Assembly: GCA_013265495.1 (NCBI GenBank)
Contig: MU063048.1
Span: 4,092,001 to 4,156,000 of the forward strand
DNA length: 64,000 nucleotides
Reading direction: 5' to 3'
Source: Vicugna vicugna
Taxonomy: Eukaryota
The notes beneath the pieces are model-generated. The model saw only the letters and a list, made by a program, of their open reading frames with translations. It was not told the origin of the DNA and did no database searches. Made by a program: the position numbers and the translations under genes. Shown one piece after another: positions 37,089 through 50,239 of the stretch. How positions within the stretch are numbered: position 1 is the stretch's first letter; each line of letters starts with the position of its first letter.

Positions 37089-37651
37089 TTTTTTTATTGT
37101 GGTAAAATATAATGTAAAATTTACCACTTTAATCATTTTTAAAATTACAATTCAGCGGCATTAACTACATTCACAACGTTATACAACCGTCACCACCATC
37201 CACTCACCCACAGAACTCCTTCCGTGCTCCCACACTGAAGCTCTGTCCCCACTGGACACTGGCCCCCGCCCCCACCCTTCATCGCACTGTCTCCGCAAAC
37301 CTGGCGGCTCTGGGAAACTCAGGGGTGGAATCATCTGGGGTCTGTCCGCTGTGTCTGGCTTGTGTCCCTGAGCACAGAGCCCTCAGGTTCCTCTGTGCTG
37401 TTGCAGGCGCCAGCATTTCACTCCTGGGTGGGGCTGAGTGGTGCTTCCGTGTGTGGACGGGCCTCGTTCTGCTTGTCCGTCATCTGCTGTTGGACACCTG
37501 GGCTGCCTCCCGGGTCTGGCTGCAGTGAGTAACGCTGCTGCAGACGTGGGTGTGCAAATACCTGCTCCGGCCCCTGCTTTCAGTTCTTTGGGGCGTATTC
37601 TGGGGAGTGGAATTGCTGGGTCACATGGTAATTCAGTGTTTAACTTCTTGA
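37089..37651 (-). mobile_element. Ancient L1 (L1MB-like) 3' end, antisense
   Basis: tttattgtggtaaaatata..aaaatttaccactttaatcattttta..cattaactacattcacaacgttatacaaccgtcaccaccatcca...gagtggaattgctgggtcacatggtaattc. Confidence 0.88.
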
Positions 37652-37680
37652 TTCACTTTTAAAATATAAGGAAGAATGTC

Positions 37681-40530
37681 CTCTTCCAGCTATGAAGGAA
37701 TAACAGAAACCAGATGAAACCTTCTGTCTTAAAGTGGGAAACAGTATAGAGTGTGTCAAGCCGCCGTTGGACGTGGCAGTGCAGGGCTGTGATCCCGGGC
37801 AGCACAGAAACCAAAGAGGCGGGCCTGCAGCCCCCGGCGCCCTCCCTGGGCAGAGTCCCCACCCGGGAGCCTGGAGGGCACCTCTGGTCGAGAAGAGCGG
37901 TTTGGCCGAGTCGAGGAGGTAGAGGTCAGAACGCAGACAGCCTCGGGCACCCGGACGTGTGCGCAGACATCTGGGAAGGTGGGCTCTGCAAAGAAAAAGA
38001 GCTCCAGAAACCCACTGCGTCTCCACCGAAGAGGACGAAGATGTTCCGCAGCTTGGACGATGCCTGCCTGGGCGCTGGAACTGAGGGCTTCCTCGCGCTC
38101 ACCGGGCCTGGGAGGCGTCTGCGCTCCGACCAGCCCTGGTGGGAGGCCGGGTGCGCACCGGAGGGAGTGGTACGGCTTCCGGAAGAGCTGAGCCTCGGGC
38201 ACGGGACGGCCCCTCGAGCAAAGGCTGCTCTCAACCCAGGCTCTCAAAGTCTACATGCAAACTTCAGAAGAATCATCTGGACACAGATAACTGAGCCTCC
38301 TGCCACAGCCAAGCCCAGCGTTCTCCAAGGGAAGACAGTAAATAAAATCTGGACTCAACAACATAACACTCTTCATGTTCAGCGTTCAGCCAGACTTCGC
38401 CGGAACGCCGAGCAGCAGGAAAGTGCGCCCGGTAAGCACGAGGCAAACAGACCGAGGAACGATGCTGCTGGTCTGCGCCGGGAAGGATGGGAGCATGGCT
38501 GCCGAACGACGGCCAAGTGTTTTAAGAAAAGCATGAATATGGAGAGGAGAGAGAGGGAAACGTATGCGTCTAAAAAGAGCCAGGTGGGCCTTCTAGAGAT
38601 GAAAACTTAAGTCTCTGAAACGAGGAGCCCACTGTTGGCACTGCAAACAGGCGAGACGCTGCAGAAGAAAAGCCGCAGAGATTACGGCCATCACGTTGGA
38701 AATGGTTCAAGATCCGCAGAGAGAAAGGTCTGACGGGAAACGACAGTGTCTGGTTACCGTGGGGCCCCGACTGGCCCCCGTCTGTGTCCATGGGGCCCCG
38801 GGGGACCAGGGGGCCCGGGAAAAGAAAGAAAGAACCACCAAGAACTTCCCAGATGACGGAAAATAAATGCTAAAGAGAACATTTTAAAAGCAGCCAGAGG
38901 AAAAAGAGAACTACTTACAGAGGAGCAAATACAAGGCAGGCCTGTTGTCAGAAGCCGTGCCGCGGGAAGACAGCGGAGCTCGAGCTTGGACTGGGAGGCG
39001 TTTCAGGACCGGAGGACAGGCGGAGGCTGACGCGGCTGTCACCAGCAAGCATGTGGCCAGAAGGACGGCGAGACTAGTTTGAAGCTTGGATCTGCGTGGA
39101 AGGAACGGTCCATAGTTTTCTTTTTTGGTGATGTCTTGGTTTTGATATCACAGTGATGGCTTCGTGGAATGAGTTTGAGAATCTTTTGAGCCAGAGAAAC
39201 AGTCAATGTGCAAAAATAAAGTTGTTTCCCTCCCACTTCTTTAAGGATTTTAAAAATTTAACGATAGTCGATTTACAATATTGTGTTTCTTTAGCCTCAT
39301 TTTAAAGCTTCCTTAAAAGGCAACCAGCTGTTGAAAGTAAAGATGCTGACAGTACATTACGAGGTTTCTCGCACACGTGTGCGTAAGTCGCACCACAGCA
39401 GTGGCGCGGTGCCCGTGTCGTTTGTGAGACTCCTGCGCAGGACGCGATCGGCGTGGAATTACTGGAAGACAGACCGCGGGAAGCTGAAGTGCGCTCCGGG
39501 CCGTCTGGAGCAGCTGCTAGCACAGAACGAGGCGAAAAATAGCAGCAGGCCGACAGCGGGGTTCAAGTGGAACCCCAAAGATGTCCACCTAGGGAATGCG
39601 GGAAAAGAGGGCGTGTGAACAGGCGAGAGGTGGGACGGGTGGAGGACACAGCGCCGAGAATCACGTCCGTCCCGGTGCTCCGAAGCCTCTAATTAGAAGG
39701 GTGAGAGCGCTGGACTCGATAGAAGAGCCCGGTGCCACCCACAGGGACACACGTTAAGTGTGAACACACCGGTGGCCTGAGGTCAAAGGACGGAAAAATA
39801 AACCATCCAGACGCTAGCCACAGGGAAACCGGAGCGGCTCTACTTCTGTGGGACAAGTTAGACTTCATTCAGTTAGGAGTGAAGAGTCGTTTCGTACCTC
39901 AACGGGGTTGACCCATCGTGAAGACGTGACACTCGTAGACACATACGCCCCCAGCCACAGATATTTCAGAGGCCGACAGAGCTGAGGGGGAGGGAGGACG
40001 GGCGAGCTCTGTGTCTTTGTGCTTCGGTGCTTCCTTCGTGAGCGGCAGGACAAGCAGACAGAAAACCCGAGGAGCCGGGTGACCGAGCAGCACAGGGGCC
40101 CTCCCTGACCTACGTGGCATTTCGAGCACACCTCCCAGCACACTTCTAAATACCTGACAGGTCAAAAAGAAGTCACAGGGAAATCAGAATATATTTTGAA
40201 TTAAATGAAAATGAAGGCAGCACACTGAAGTTTGTGGGATAACTGTTGAAGTGCTGCTGAGAGGGAAGCTTATGGCTCTGCATATTAACATGAAAAAAGA
40301 AGACCCCAGGCCAGTTCTCCAAGCTTCCATCTTAAGAAGCCAGATGCAGAAGAGCAAATTAAATCCAGTGCGAACAGAACCAAGGAGACAAGAAAAACAC
40401 AGATCGGTGAATCAGAAAACACTGGAGGAGATCAGTGCGACCAGAACTGGGATAAGCCTCCGTCCAGCCTGATCCGGAAGAAGAGAGCAAACAGATTACA
40501 CTCCGCGGAAATAGAAGAGGGCGCGTCCTG
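37681..40530 (+). mobile_element. Ancient L1 (L1M4/L1MC-type) 5' region: 5' UTR, decayed ORF1 and ORF2 endonuclease/coiled region
   Basis: 5' UTR motifs (ggctgtgatcc, gaaaaagagctccagaaa, aaaggctgctct). ORF1 remnants cttctagagatgaaaact and aaagagaacattttaaaagcagccagaggaaaaaga. ORF2 remnants near 39740-39865 and 40165-40450 (gaaatcagaatatattttgaattaaatgaaaatgaa). Confidence 0.8.
39095..39290 (-). mobile_element. Antisense L1 fragments (ORF2 RT-region piece and a short 3' end) embedded in the sense L1M
   Basis: catagttttctttttttggtgatgtcttggttttgatatcacagtgatggcttcgtggaatgagttt corresponds to the antisense of NSFYEASITLIPKPDKD..KENYRP. gatagtcgatttacaatattgtgtt is an L1 3' end. Confidence 0.65.
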
Positions 40531-41848
40531 AGTGCTGCACAGCGGTGTTGCTGAGCAGGGCTGGGCCACGTGTCAAGCCTCACCGGATCTACTTCCGACT
40601 TAGACAGTGACCTCCACCTTGTTTCAGTGACAGACTGAACCGCGGATCAAGCGCTGGTGTCCTGTCAGAAATGGCCTTTGAGTGCTCTAGAACGTTTCGG
40701 GGAAATCAAGAACTGCTCCTGAATCCCTCGATAAAAGGGGGAGGGTTGTGAGGTCTGCCAGTGCGGGGTGAAGTGCAGGCTCTCCAGCCGGTCCGTCGCG
40801 TCTCCTCAGAGGCCCCCACCTGTGCCCCCACCTGCGCGGTCTGGGCTGTGGGAACAGAGTGTTCACAGTGCGTCTGAAGTGTGGAATTCCTTCTCAGGGC
40901 CGGATAATGAAAGCAGGATGGCTTGACGAGCGCTGTCTGCGAGTCGTGGTCCAGTGTTTGTTTTCTTCCCAGCGTCCTTCCCGGGCTCTTCCGTGGGCCC
41001 CAGGCAGCAGCATACCGATCTCAGCTGGACGCCGGGCAGGGGAGCCAGGGCTGCTCCCGGCCCGGCCCCGCTGCAGCTGTGACTTCTGACAGGGCCAGCG
41101 AGGCCTTCTTGGGAACAGTGTCCGCACAGTCAGACACCCAGCAGAAATGAGCAAAGAAAACACACCGGGAGGGAACAAAGCTTGGAGAGCCGGGGCGGGG
41201 GCTGAACCTCGGGACTTCTCCAGACCCTCTTTCTCCCAAGGATGCTGATTTCATTTCTCTCTTTCGTGACTCCGTCAATTCCGTTCCCACGACGCCCCGT
41301 TCTACTCTGCACACGGTGTGGCACGATCTTGTGACCTGTGACAGCACAGCCCGGGGCCCTGTTCCCTGGGCCTGAAGCCCCACTCTGCAGCCTCCCAGGG
41401 CCGTCATCCGCTCTGTGCCTCCGCGTCTCCCCTGTGGGACGGGGACAGTGACAGTACCTGCCTCCCAGGGGCGGGTGGAGGTTAACTGTGCGGAGAGATG
41501 AGAAGCAGCCAGGCCAGGCCTGACGCGTCTGCGTCTGCGTCAGCGATAACACGGGTAACTAGTGGGAAATGGCGTTTGTCAGCAGAGCATGTGAGGGGCA
41601 AATGAAATGTGAAAACAGTAGGACTGGCCAACTGATGATATGTTTGGGGACAAGAAAAGTAACTAAAGTCACACGGTTTCATGCTTGTGTGACCAGAAGG
41701 ACTTACCAGACAGGTAGTTGCAGGAGGAAGGACGGGGCCCATCCCAGCCAGGGCGTTGTGGCCCCAGGAAGACCTCTGCCGCCTCCGGGCAGTAAACGCC
41801 ATTTGGCAGGATTGTGACACCTTCTGGCTACGTTTTTCTCCTAGAGAG

Positions 41849-41990
41849 CCGAGGTTCTCAAGTGTGGTGCTCTGCGGGTCGCTGGGGAGCCTGTGAAAAT
41901 GCAGATTTGGGATGAGTAGGTCCGGGCGGGGCCTGGGGCTCTGAACCTCTAAGGAGACTGCTGGTCCCTGGACTGCACCCTGCGCAGCAG
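41849..41990 (-). mobile_element. MER5A/MER5A1-like hAT MITE
   Basis: ggttctcaa..ctgggga gcctgtgaaaatgcagatt..gtaggtccgggcggggcctg..ctgctggtccctggactgcaccctg. Confidence 0.7.
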
Positions 41991-44900
41991 AGCCTGGGGG
42001 GGGGGGCGTGGAGCCTCCAGAGTGGCAGGGACCCTCTGGACCTTGTCTTTGGTTGCCTGTGACTGCCTTGTCCCTGTGCTGGACGGGCCGCCCCTTAAGG
42101 GCAGCACGAGGTTCTGGGCCCACCTTGGTGTCACACACGTGCTGCGTAAGTCGACATGTCCGTGAATCAGTAATGGAAGAAGAGACTCGGGAAGTGGGGG
42201 TTTGATTTAAGGGTTTGTGTGTGTGTGGCGGGGGGAGGGGCGGCAGATTCCTTTAAAATGGAAAAAGCTAAAAATTCCAGGTTTCCCGTGAAACCAGTGA
42301 AGAAGGCCTGCGGCTGGTTTAATTCCTTCCCTCCCCGTTCCTTCTGCCCCTCACACCTCCAGTGAGTCCTGAGGTCACTTAAGTTGTAGTTGAATTGAAT
42401 CAAAAGTGGGTTGAATTTATCATCTGGTAAACTGAGATAAAGCGTTCTCTGGACGCCCCATTTCTGGCATCGGTGACTCTGGGACTGCTCTTGGGGGGAC
42501 GAGGAGCCCTGAAAGCCTGGAGTCTCACCTGCTTGCCTTCCTTCATACGGTTCGAAAGAGAGCAGCCAGAGGAAGACTGGGGTCTCCAAAGGGCAACACT
42601 GGAGTTTCTGGAAATACTGGCCCCTAACGTGGGACGAGCGAGACGCCGGTCACCTCGGAGCCCGAGGAGCTCGTGGTTCACCAGGAACCGGCCACGCCGC
42701 CAGTGCCTCGGGGGTCAAGCGCTTCCTGCAACTGGACGTATAAGGTGGTTTGCTTCGTTCAAAGATGACAACGGCAGTCTGTTGAGAGCAGCACTGGGCA
42801 CTGGAGAATGTCCAAGGGCTTACCTCTGGGGGGACGTTTACCATGCTTTCCTGTGACGTTTTGCATTTTAAACCATTCGCCACTGATTGCTTACATCCCA
42901 AGAATAAGCAGAAGTCCGTACATGCACGACCGAGCCCTTGTTAAGGTCGCCGTCGGGTAATTCTGCTCCTGAATTGTAGTGTGGGAAGCACAACCTGTAA
43001 CTTGAATTTTATACGTCACTTTTCACGCACCTGCATTTTCTTCCTTACTTAACTGCCAGACATAAGTTTGTTCTGCATAAAAACGTTGTACGGGAGACTG
43101 ATCATACTAATGAGAGAAGATGAAGACGAGGGAGGCGCACGTGTGGGCCTTTTCATTTAACTGCAAAGCTGGAGTTGAGACATTAGAGGCAGAGCAGGGG
43201 GACGTAAGGTCATCTTTGCGTGCAGCTCTGTCTTCTCCGTCATCTTTCCTGCTTCGAGGAAGCTGTGTTCTTTTGTGGACGCGCAGTTGTGCTGTGAGCT
43301 TGTGCTAAGATTGAGGGTTTTTTTTTTTTACATCTTTTTAATAGAGAATTCCTGTTGCTTTTACGTGACGCTGCACAGGTGTTATTGGAACGAACCCTGG
43401 AGGAGGAGTGAGTATCCTTTCCTCTACAGGGGAGGCAACACCACGCCTTACTTTCTAAAAATAAGTACACGTTTTGTTTGTGTTTTCTGAAGGCATGAAG
43501 TGTGACGTTTTGTTATTAGAGTATTTTAAGCTCCAAATTGGTGAGCGATGACATATAGGAATTCTTATTTCTCTAAATGGGTGAAGTGTCTGCGCTGATG
43601 AAACAAAGCCCCCAGCGTAACGGAGGTGATTGTCAGGAAGGGGAGACATGAATGAGCACGTCTAGGGGTCAGAGTCCCTTTGTCTTTAGGGCCTGAAGCT
43701 GAGCTCAGTGCAGCCTCAGGGACCTTGGGATGCCGCGGGCCCTCGCGCGGAAGACAGGGTTGGCAGCATTTCTGGGGACACAGCCTAACACAGTCCCAGA
43801 GGGACAGACCCTTTCATGACAGCTGCTTGCTTACAGCAGTCCCGAGGGGGGGTCTGGCTGGTCCCCCAGGTCCCGTGGCCTCCTGTAGCCCAGTAGTTGT
43901 GGACAGAGTGGTCGGGCTCCAAGCTTGTCCTGGTCTCGGGGACGGGGACTCTGTGCCTGGCAGCCCCGCAGAGTTCCAGGGTTTGAGTGGGAGAGGGGTG
44001 GGGCCCTCTGCCAACGGGGGCTGTTACTCTAGAAGAAAAGCGAGCAGAGGTGCTGGCAGACAGCAGTAGTGAGCGGGGAGTGGGAGCCCAGAAGGGTGCT
44101 GTGGGCCCCACACCTATTCGGCTCAGCTCCAGGCTGGGGCTGTGCTTCACTGAGAAGGGGACGGAGGCACAGAGACGCTCCATGCCCACCAGGGCCACCC
44201 AGCTGACGGGCAGAAAGGCCGGGGTCCAGACATGATGTTGTGCTTTCATCCTTCCCGGGTCTGGCCTCCCCAGGACGGTCTCCATGCTGTGATGACTGTG
44301 TGCGGACCAAGGCCAGGGCCCAGGGAGGGCGGCGAGCCTTGGCTTCTGCACGTTCGAGGCCCGAGTTCTGATGAAAAGAGCCAGGTGGGAAGGGTCTCTC
44401 CAGGGAAATGCCCACGCCGTGTGGCTGTGGACTTCCTCTGTCGCCAGAAACAGATCCCAGCTCCCTGAGCACCTCCCATGTATGGGTCTGCACCTGCTGT
44501 CTGCCACGCTCAGGGCTCTGTGTCCAGCCTCACTGGGCCTGACGAGTGGATGCGTAAAGGCAGCCTGTCCACGACGTCCTCCCGAGAGGCCGTGGTCACT
44601 GGAGTCCCCCGAGTCCGGGAGCGAGGCCTTCAGTGCAGTTCACTCCCAATGGGGTGACAGCTGCAGAGGGTCCCCCCAAGAGGCCAGGGCAGGCAGGGGC
44701 CTGGGCCACACCCCAGGGATGTGGACATGGATGTGGACGAGGAGTGGCCAGGTGCTGGCAGTTAAGACGGAGACTCTGGCCTGCTGTGCTTTGCCCACTT
44801 GAAGGAAGGTGCATACACTTCCTCTAAATCCCGGACCTTCTCCTCAGCCTCACGTACATGGCCTTCCCGTCTGACAGGCCAGTGAGTACCCGTAGCATTC

Positions 44901-45244
44901 TCACCTGGCTGTTTGGGGATCTGTTGTAACTTCCTGTTGCTTCCACTGTTTTTCTAAATGTCCATTGACGTTTTCACTGAAAAGACATGACCAGCATGTT
45001 GCCATCTGTGCATTTAGAGGTGGCACAGATACTGCTCCTGAAGCCTGGCTTCACCGAGTGGCTTCTGCTCTGAATTATGAGAACACAGTCGCTGGCTGTG
45101 GGTCAGTAGCAGGTACTCGGAGCGGCCGTACCGCACGCCGTGCTGGGACCACGAGGTGTGACGTCGGCGATTCAGCCCCTGCCGGTCATTTGCGTGGAGG
45201 AGGCACCCTTGTGACAACACCTGTTTCTTCCCCGAACATCCCGC

Positions 45245-45297
45245 TGTGTGAGAGTGTGTGTGAGTGTGTGCACGTGTGAGTGTGAGCGTGTGTGTCT
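45245..45297. repeat. Imperfect (GT)/(GA) microsatellite
   Basis: tgtgtgagagtgtgtgtgagtgtgtgcacgtgtgagtgtgagcgtgtgtgt. Confidence 0.75.
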
Positions 45298-48244
45298 GGA
45301 GGAGGCCGTGTGGGCCGGGTTCGGCTCTGCTCCTCATGTCCCAGCGGCTTCTTCCTAAATGAGCTGAAAAGGAAGCGCTTTTCTCCTGCAGTTGAAATGA
45401 CAACGTAAACCAAACAGGCCGATGCTTGTCTTGACTAATTTTCTGTCCTTAATCTTGTTGAATGTTGAGAAGAGAGCTGTAGGAACAGCCCGCAACTGTG
45501 AGTGCCGCAGCGGGGAGGTGGGGGCTCAGCCAATGGAAACATTTTTCATCGTTTGTGGTGCCGTATCTGCACTTTCAGTCAAAACAACAAGGCCAACGTT
45601 ATTATACGTTTAAAAAGAAACTCGTTTCCAAAAGCCTTCTGGCTCAGATAACAGGTGTCCTGTGCTCCTGCACGCTCCCCCTAGCTGGGACCTGTTTCCT
45701 GGGTGGGGTCCCGGCCCCTGGGCCTGAGGTTGGGGGGAGGGTGGGGTGGCTCCGGGGCACGTCCTGTGTCCCCGAGACTGGCACGCCCGGGACTGTGTCT
45801 GATTTGCTTTATGGGAGAACATCCTTCCAGGCATGTTGGAGGAACAGAAATTCCCATGACGCACATTAAGGGGTCTGTTTCGGAGGGAGGTCCGAAGGAA
45901 AATCCCGGCTCTGCGTTTTCTCCTGCAGGAAGATTTCATGCTGTAGCCGAGTTTCTGTGCTCCGTGGTCTCTTCAGACCCCCTCTGACCCGGAGCTCTAG
46001 CCCCACCTGCGGTGTGCTGCCTCTTTCTTTGCATCCGACCATCTCACCGACTGCATGACATCTGCGCGACCAAGAGGTAGAAACATTACTTGGCATGTGC
46101 CGTGGGGCTGGGAGAAGACTGCCAGGAGCCTGTCCCTGCTGTGGGCGCTGGGAGAGCCCGGCGGAGACACCCCACCAGACCCAGGCCTTCAGCAGTACCT
46201 CTGCCGCATCTAGTCGTGGTGCGGAGAGTCAGGCTCTGCACTCCAGCCTCGGCCCTCCCGCAGTGGGAAGGCTAAGCCCTACCGTGACTTGCACCTACTA
46301 ACGTCTAAGATATGTGGGGTCTTAACCTATTGAAAACTCCAAAATAAAGCTGTCTAAGTGAGGAGAACTTTTACCGGAGCAGCAGGTTTTTGACAGTGAC
46401 ACGTGTGGGTCTGGGGTGAGCCCTCGTGTCACCGGGGCCTTGGGGGCTAGGGCAGCCCTCACTCCACTCCACGTGGAGTTGATGCAACTTACTGGGGAGC
46501 AGGTCAGATAAGCTCTTTAACCAAAGAGCCGTCGGATCCTCAGAGCGACGGCTGCCCCGTTAAACTCAGCAGAGTCTCCACAATGTGCTGCCTACCCGGC
46601 GTGACACTTTTCTCTCGGTGCCAGACGCATCTAAGCGAACCAGGGCATCTCCTTGCCTTGAGGAGCGTAGGCGCTAACTGGGTGACAGTAAGAACGCACT
46701 GTTTACAGACACACACGAGTGGACGATGGTACCGTGCAGACTTTATCAGTGCCGAGGTGGCAGCGTGTTGATCGAGGTTGGAGTGAAGTCTGCAGGAAGG
46801 CGGATATAAGTGGGCCCTCGGCCAAAGCGGGAGATGTGGCCGAGAGATAGGAAGAGGGAAGGCACTCCAGATGGGTGGAATGGCACGGAGGCAGGAGTTA
46901 GTGAACTGTGGGGGCCGCGGGCAGGCTGGCAGGCAGGATGGACCAGCCGGGCCACACTGGAGCCCGGCAAGACACGCACGCCTATGGCCTAACCCTCTGC
47001 TTCTGGAGCTGCCCACTCGTTCTCGTGTCTTAGCGCCACAGCCTCCCTGCAGCCAACAAACACCCTGGCCCCACGCTTCTGCCAGGTGCCCGGCCGGGCA
47101 CTCTGGTGGCCCTGTCTGCCTCCGGCCCCCGCCACACATTGCTGTGGGGGCCACCAGGCTTCGAGCCCTTCAAGGACAGAGACTCGTGCCTGTGTCCTCA
47201 GCACCCTACTCAGCTCAGTGCCCAGTACTCAGCAGGCACCCGGTCAAGATTCGTGGGAGGTGGGAGGTGAGCTTGGGTGCAGAGAGGAGGGCAGAGGACA
47301 GACAGCCCCGAACTGTGGCCTGGATTCTCCAACAGAGGTGTGGTTCTGGTCCCTGAATGGCCTCCTCCCCACCGCGGCCCCTTGGTAGGACCGACACGCA
47401 TTCTGCTTCATCCCGTAAAGGAAAGGAAACCCCATCTACAGGCTTTGCAGGTGGACGGGATGCCCTGACCGGGCTGAAAGGAATAATAAAGCAGGCGGAT
47501 AGAACAGGATGAGCAGACAGCCAGCCAGGCTCGTCAGAAGCGGGCCGTGTCTGTGAGCTTGCCTGCACGGTCACCGCACGGTTGCCGCACAGCAGAGTGG
47601 AGGGGACAGTGTGGGTCGTTTTTATTTGATCTCCTGAACCTCCCTCCTCAGAGAGGAGCACACAGGCTCTCTCCCCTGAGTTAATCACACCACCGAGTTC
47701 CTACCGACACAGCGGGACGGAAGACAGGTGGAAGGTCAGGCTTCTCGATTTAATAGCGTCCGGTGATGCTGGTGGAAAACAAGGCGAGGGAAGAACTGAC
47801 CAGCCCACAAGCCTCACTGGCAGTAACGTTTGGGAATCCCCTCACCCCCATAGGACGGACCAGTGTCCTTGTCAGAGGACATCACCCTTCTGCCCCCTCC
47901 AGCCGTGAGAGGGAGGCGACCTCCAAGCCCGTCCCCGCCGGCGGCTCAGCGCGCCAGAGCCCCTCCCAGGTGTGCGCTGCAGCGTGTCCGCCTGCCACCG
48001 CGGGTGCGCGCATCGGCTGGCTTCGCCGCGGCCCAGGGCTGGGGAGCTCAGCTTTGTAAAGGTAGCTGTTACTCTGACAGGTCCCGAGACGGCTGACACC
48101 TGGATTTAGATGTTGTGAATTGATGCGCGCAGCGTGACAGCCGGAGCTTCTTGTTAGTGACAGTGATCATTACTGACGGACGTCAAGTGGGAGACCGAGC
48201 ACACGTGGAGGCCTCGAGTCTCGTTTGGGACCCACACACAGCTC

Positions 48245-48575
48245 TCACACGTGCACATGTCTCCAAGTGCACCGCCCCCACGTGCACACGTCCCACGGGC
48301 CCCCCCACGGGTACACATCTCCACATACACGCATCTCCATGTGCACCGCCCCCACCTGCACGCGTCTCCATGGGTACACGTCTCCCTGTGCACCGCCCCC
48401 CACGTGTGCGTCCCCACGTGCACGCGTCTCCATGGGCACACCCCCGCCCGGGTACGCGTCTCCACCTACATGCGCCTGGATGGGCACCGCCCCCACGTGC
48501 ACGCGTCTCCGTGGGCACACCCCCACCCCGTACGTGTCTCCACGGTGTGCGTCTCCACGTATACGCGCACAAGTC
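48245..48575. repeat. Degenerate GC-rich minisatellite, core GCACCGCCCCCACGTGCACGCGTCTCCATGGG
   Basis: GCACCGCCCCC recurs 4 times (about 48269, 48343, 48390, 48484), and CGTCTCC and CACGTG recur repeatedly. Confidence 0.85.
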
Positions 48576-48976
48576 GCATCTTCCCGCCGGTGCGGCCTTT
48601 CAGGAGTGAGAGCAGGCTTGGGGATTAAAACAAGGGACTCGCCTTCCCCTTCACCTCTGCTCCACCGGCCGGTGCCCCTGCCAGTATCTGGGACGGTCCC
48701 TCCTCCTGGCCTTTGGCTTCCGCCTGCCCTCAAGAAACTCGCCATCCGCCCTCCTCCAACATCAGCATCGTGAGGTGCTCAGATCCTCCCCGTCTTTAAG
48801 AAGTGCACTCTTCTCTGCCTCGCCCATGGAGCCACAAGGTGCGGAGGGGTCGGCTCTCCTCCCTCTCTCCCTCTTCCCCTCATCTGCTTCCAGCCCCGCC
48901 CCCATCACTCCGTCAGAGCAGCTCTTCCAACACCCCGGGACCTGCTTCAGCTCTGGAATCCTCCTTGACGCGACGC

Positions 48977-49330
48977 NNNNNNNNNNNNNNNNNNNNNNNN
49001 NNNNNNNNNNNNNNNNNNNNNNNNNNNNNNNNNNNNNNNNNNNNNNNNNNNNNNNNNNNNNNNNNNNNNNNNNNNNNNNNNNNNNNNNNNNNNNNNNNNN
49101 NNNNNNNNNNNNNNNNNNNNNNNNNNNNNNNNNNNNNNNNNNNNNNNNNNNNNNNNNNNNNNNNNNNNNNNNNNNNNNNNNNNNNNNNNNNNNNNNNNNN
49201 NNNNNNNNNNNNNNNNNNNNNNNNNNNNNNNNNNNNNNNNNNNNNNNNNNNNNNNNNNNNNNNNNNNNNNNNNNNNNNNNNNNNNNNNNNNNNNNNNNNN
49301 NNNNNNNNNNNNNNNNNNNNNNNNNNNNNN
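48977..49330. other. Assembly gap (354 N)
   Basis: Run of N. Confidence 1.
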
Positions 49331-50239
49331 GGGGCGGGGAGGTCGGGTTGGGGTAGGGGGAGGCTGCGTCGGGGAGGAGGGGCCGGTGGGCACCTGGCGG
49401 GCCCCCTGGCATCAGCAGGGCCCCAGCCGGCAGCCCTGCTGTACGTGAAGCTCCTGTTCGTAGTGGTTTTTTCCTTCACTGTTTTTCTCCGGTTACTGCA
49501 GCACCTAATTGAAACTCTGATCACCAGCAGGAAGCGGCCCAACCCCACCAGTCTCACCCTGCACACCCCCACTTTCCCAGCTGGTCCTACCCGACGGCTG
49601 GGCCATCCCGCCGCCCTTCACCCTGAGATAGGAGATGTGCTCCTGCTCCTCCGCAAGATGAGCGTTTGCTCTGCTCTGGGGTTCTGTGTCCTCTCTCTGG
49701 AGATCCTGTTTACAGGGTCGCACACTTCCGGGGGTCACGTTGGCATTTGCCTCCATGTGTCTGAATCATGCGCTTTTGTTGCTGGTCCTTGATGCCCTCC
49801 CTCCAGGCATCTGTTCGGGGTACCCCTTCTTCAAAGCCAGAGCTCTGGCCCCGGTGCCCCTGGCCCCATGCTCTGTCCTCTTGTGGTTTGGGTCCCGGTG
49901 GGTCATGTTCGGTGTCACTCTGTCCTGATTGACCAGTGATTCCATTCCAGGAAACCGGTCCTTTTTTCTGTACAGTTGTCCCTTGCTTACGGTAGACCTG
50001 ATCATTGTCTTCCTCCACGAGCCTCACTTTCTGTGTGTTTATCACCCACTTTCCCTCAGTCACCCCAAAGGTGTTCAGGCCCCTGGGTCACCGTCAGGCA
50101 TGTCTCCCAGAGCAGACCCTCTGGAAGCTTCTGACCTGATCCCATCCGGACTGGTGGGCCGTTGCTGTCCCCTGTTTTCCAGCGTCCTTTTAAAGACTCT
50201 GTGGTTTGGTGAAGCACAATCTTGATTACTCTCCTGAGA

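Noticed and set aside
37753-38610. 285-aa ORF on + strand
   Set aside because: Runs through the decayed 5' UTR/ORF1 of an ancient L1 whose stops were lost by GC drift. Only the last residues resemble L1 ORF1; not an intact or domesticated gene on present evidence.
48762-49792. ORFs of 148-329 aa spanning the gap
   Set aside because: Open only because N codons translate as X.
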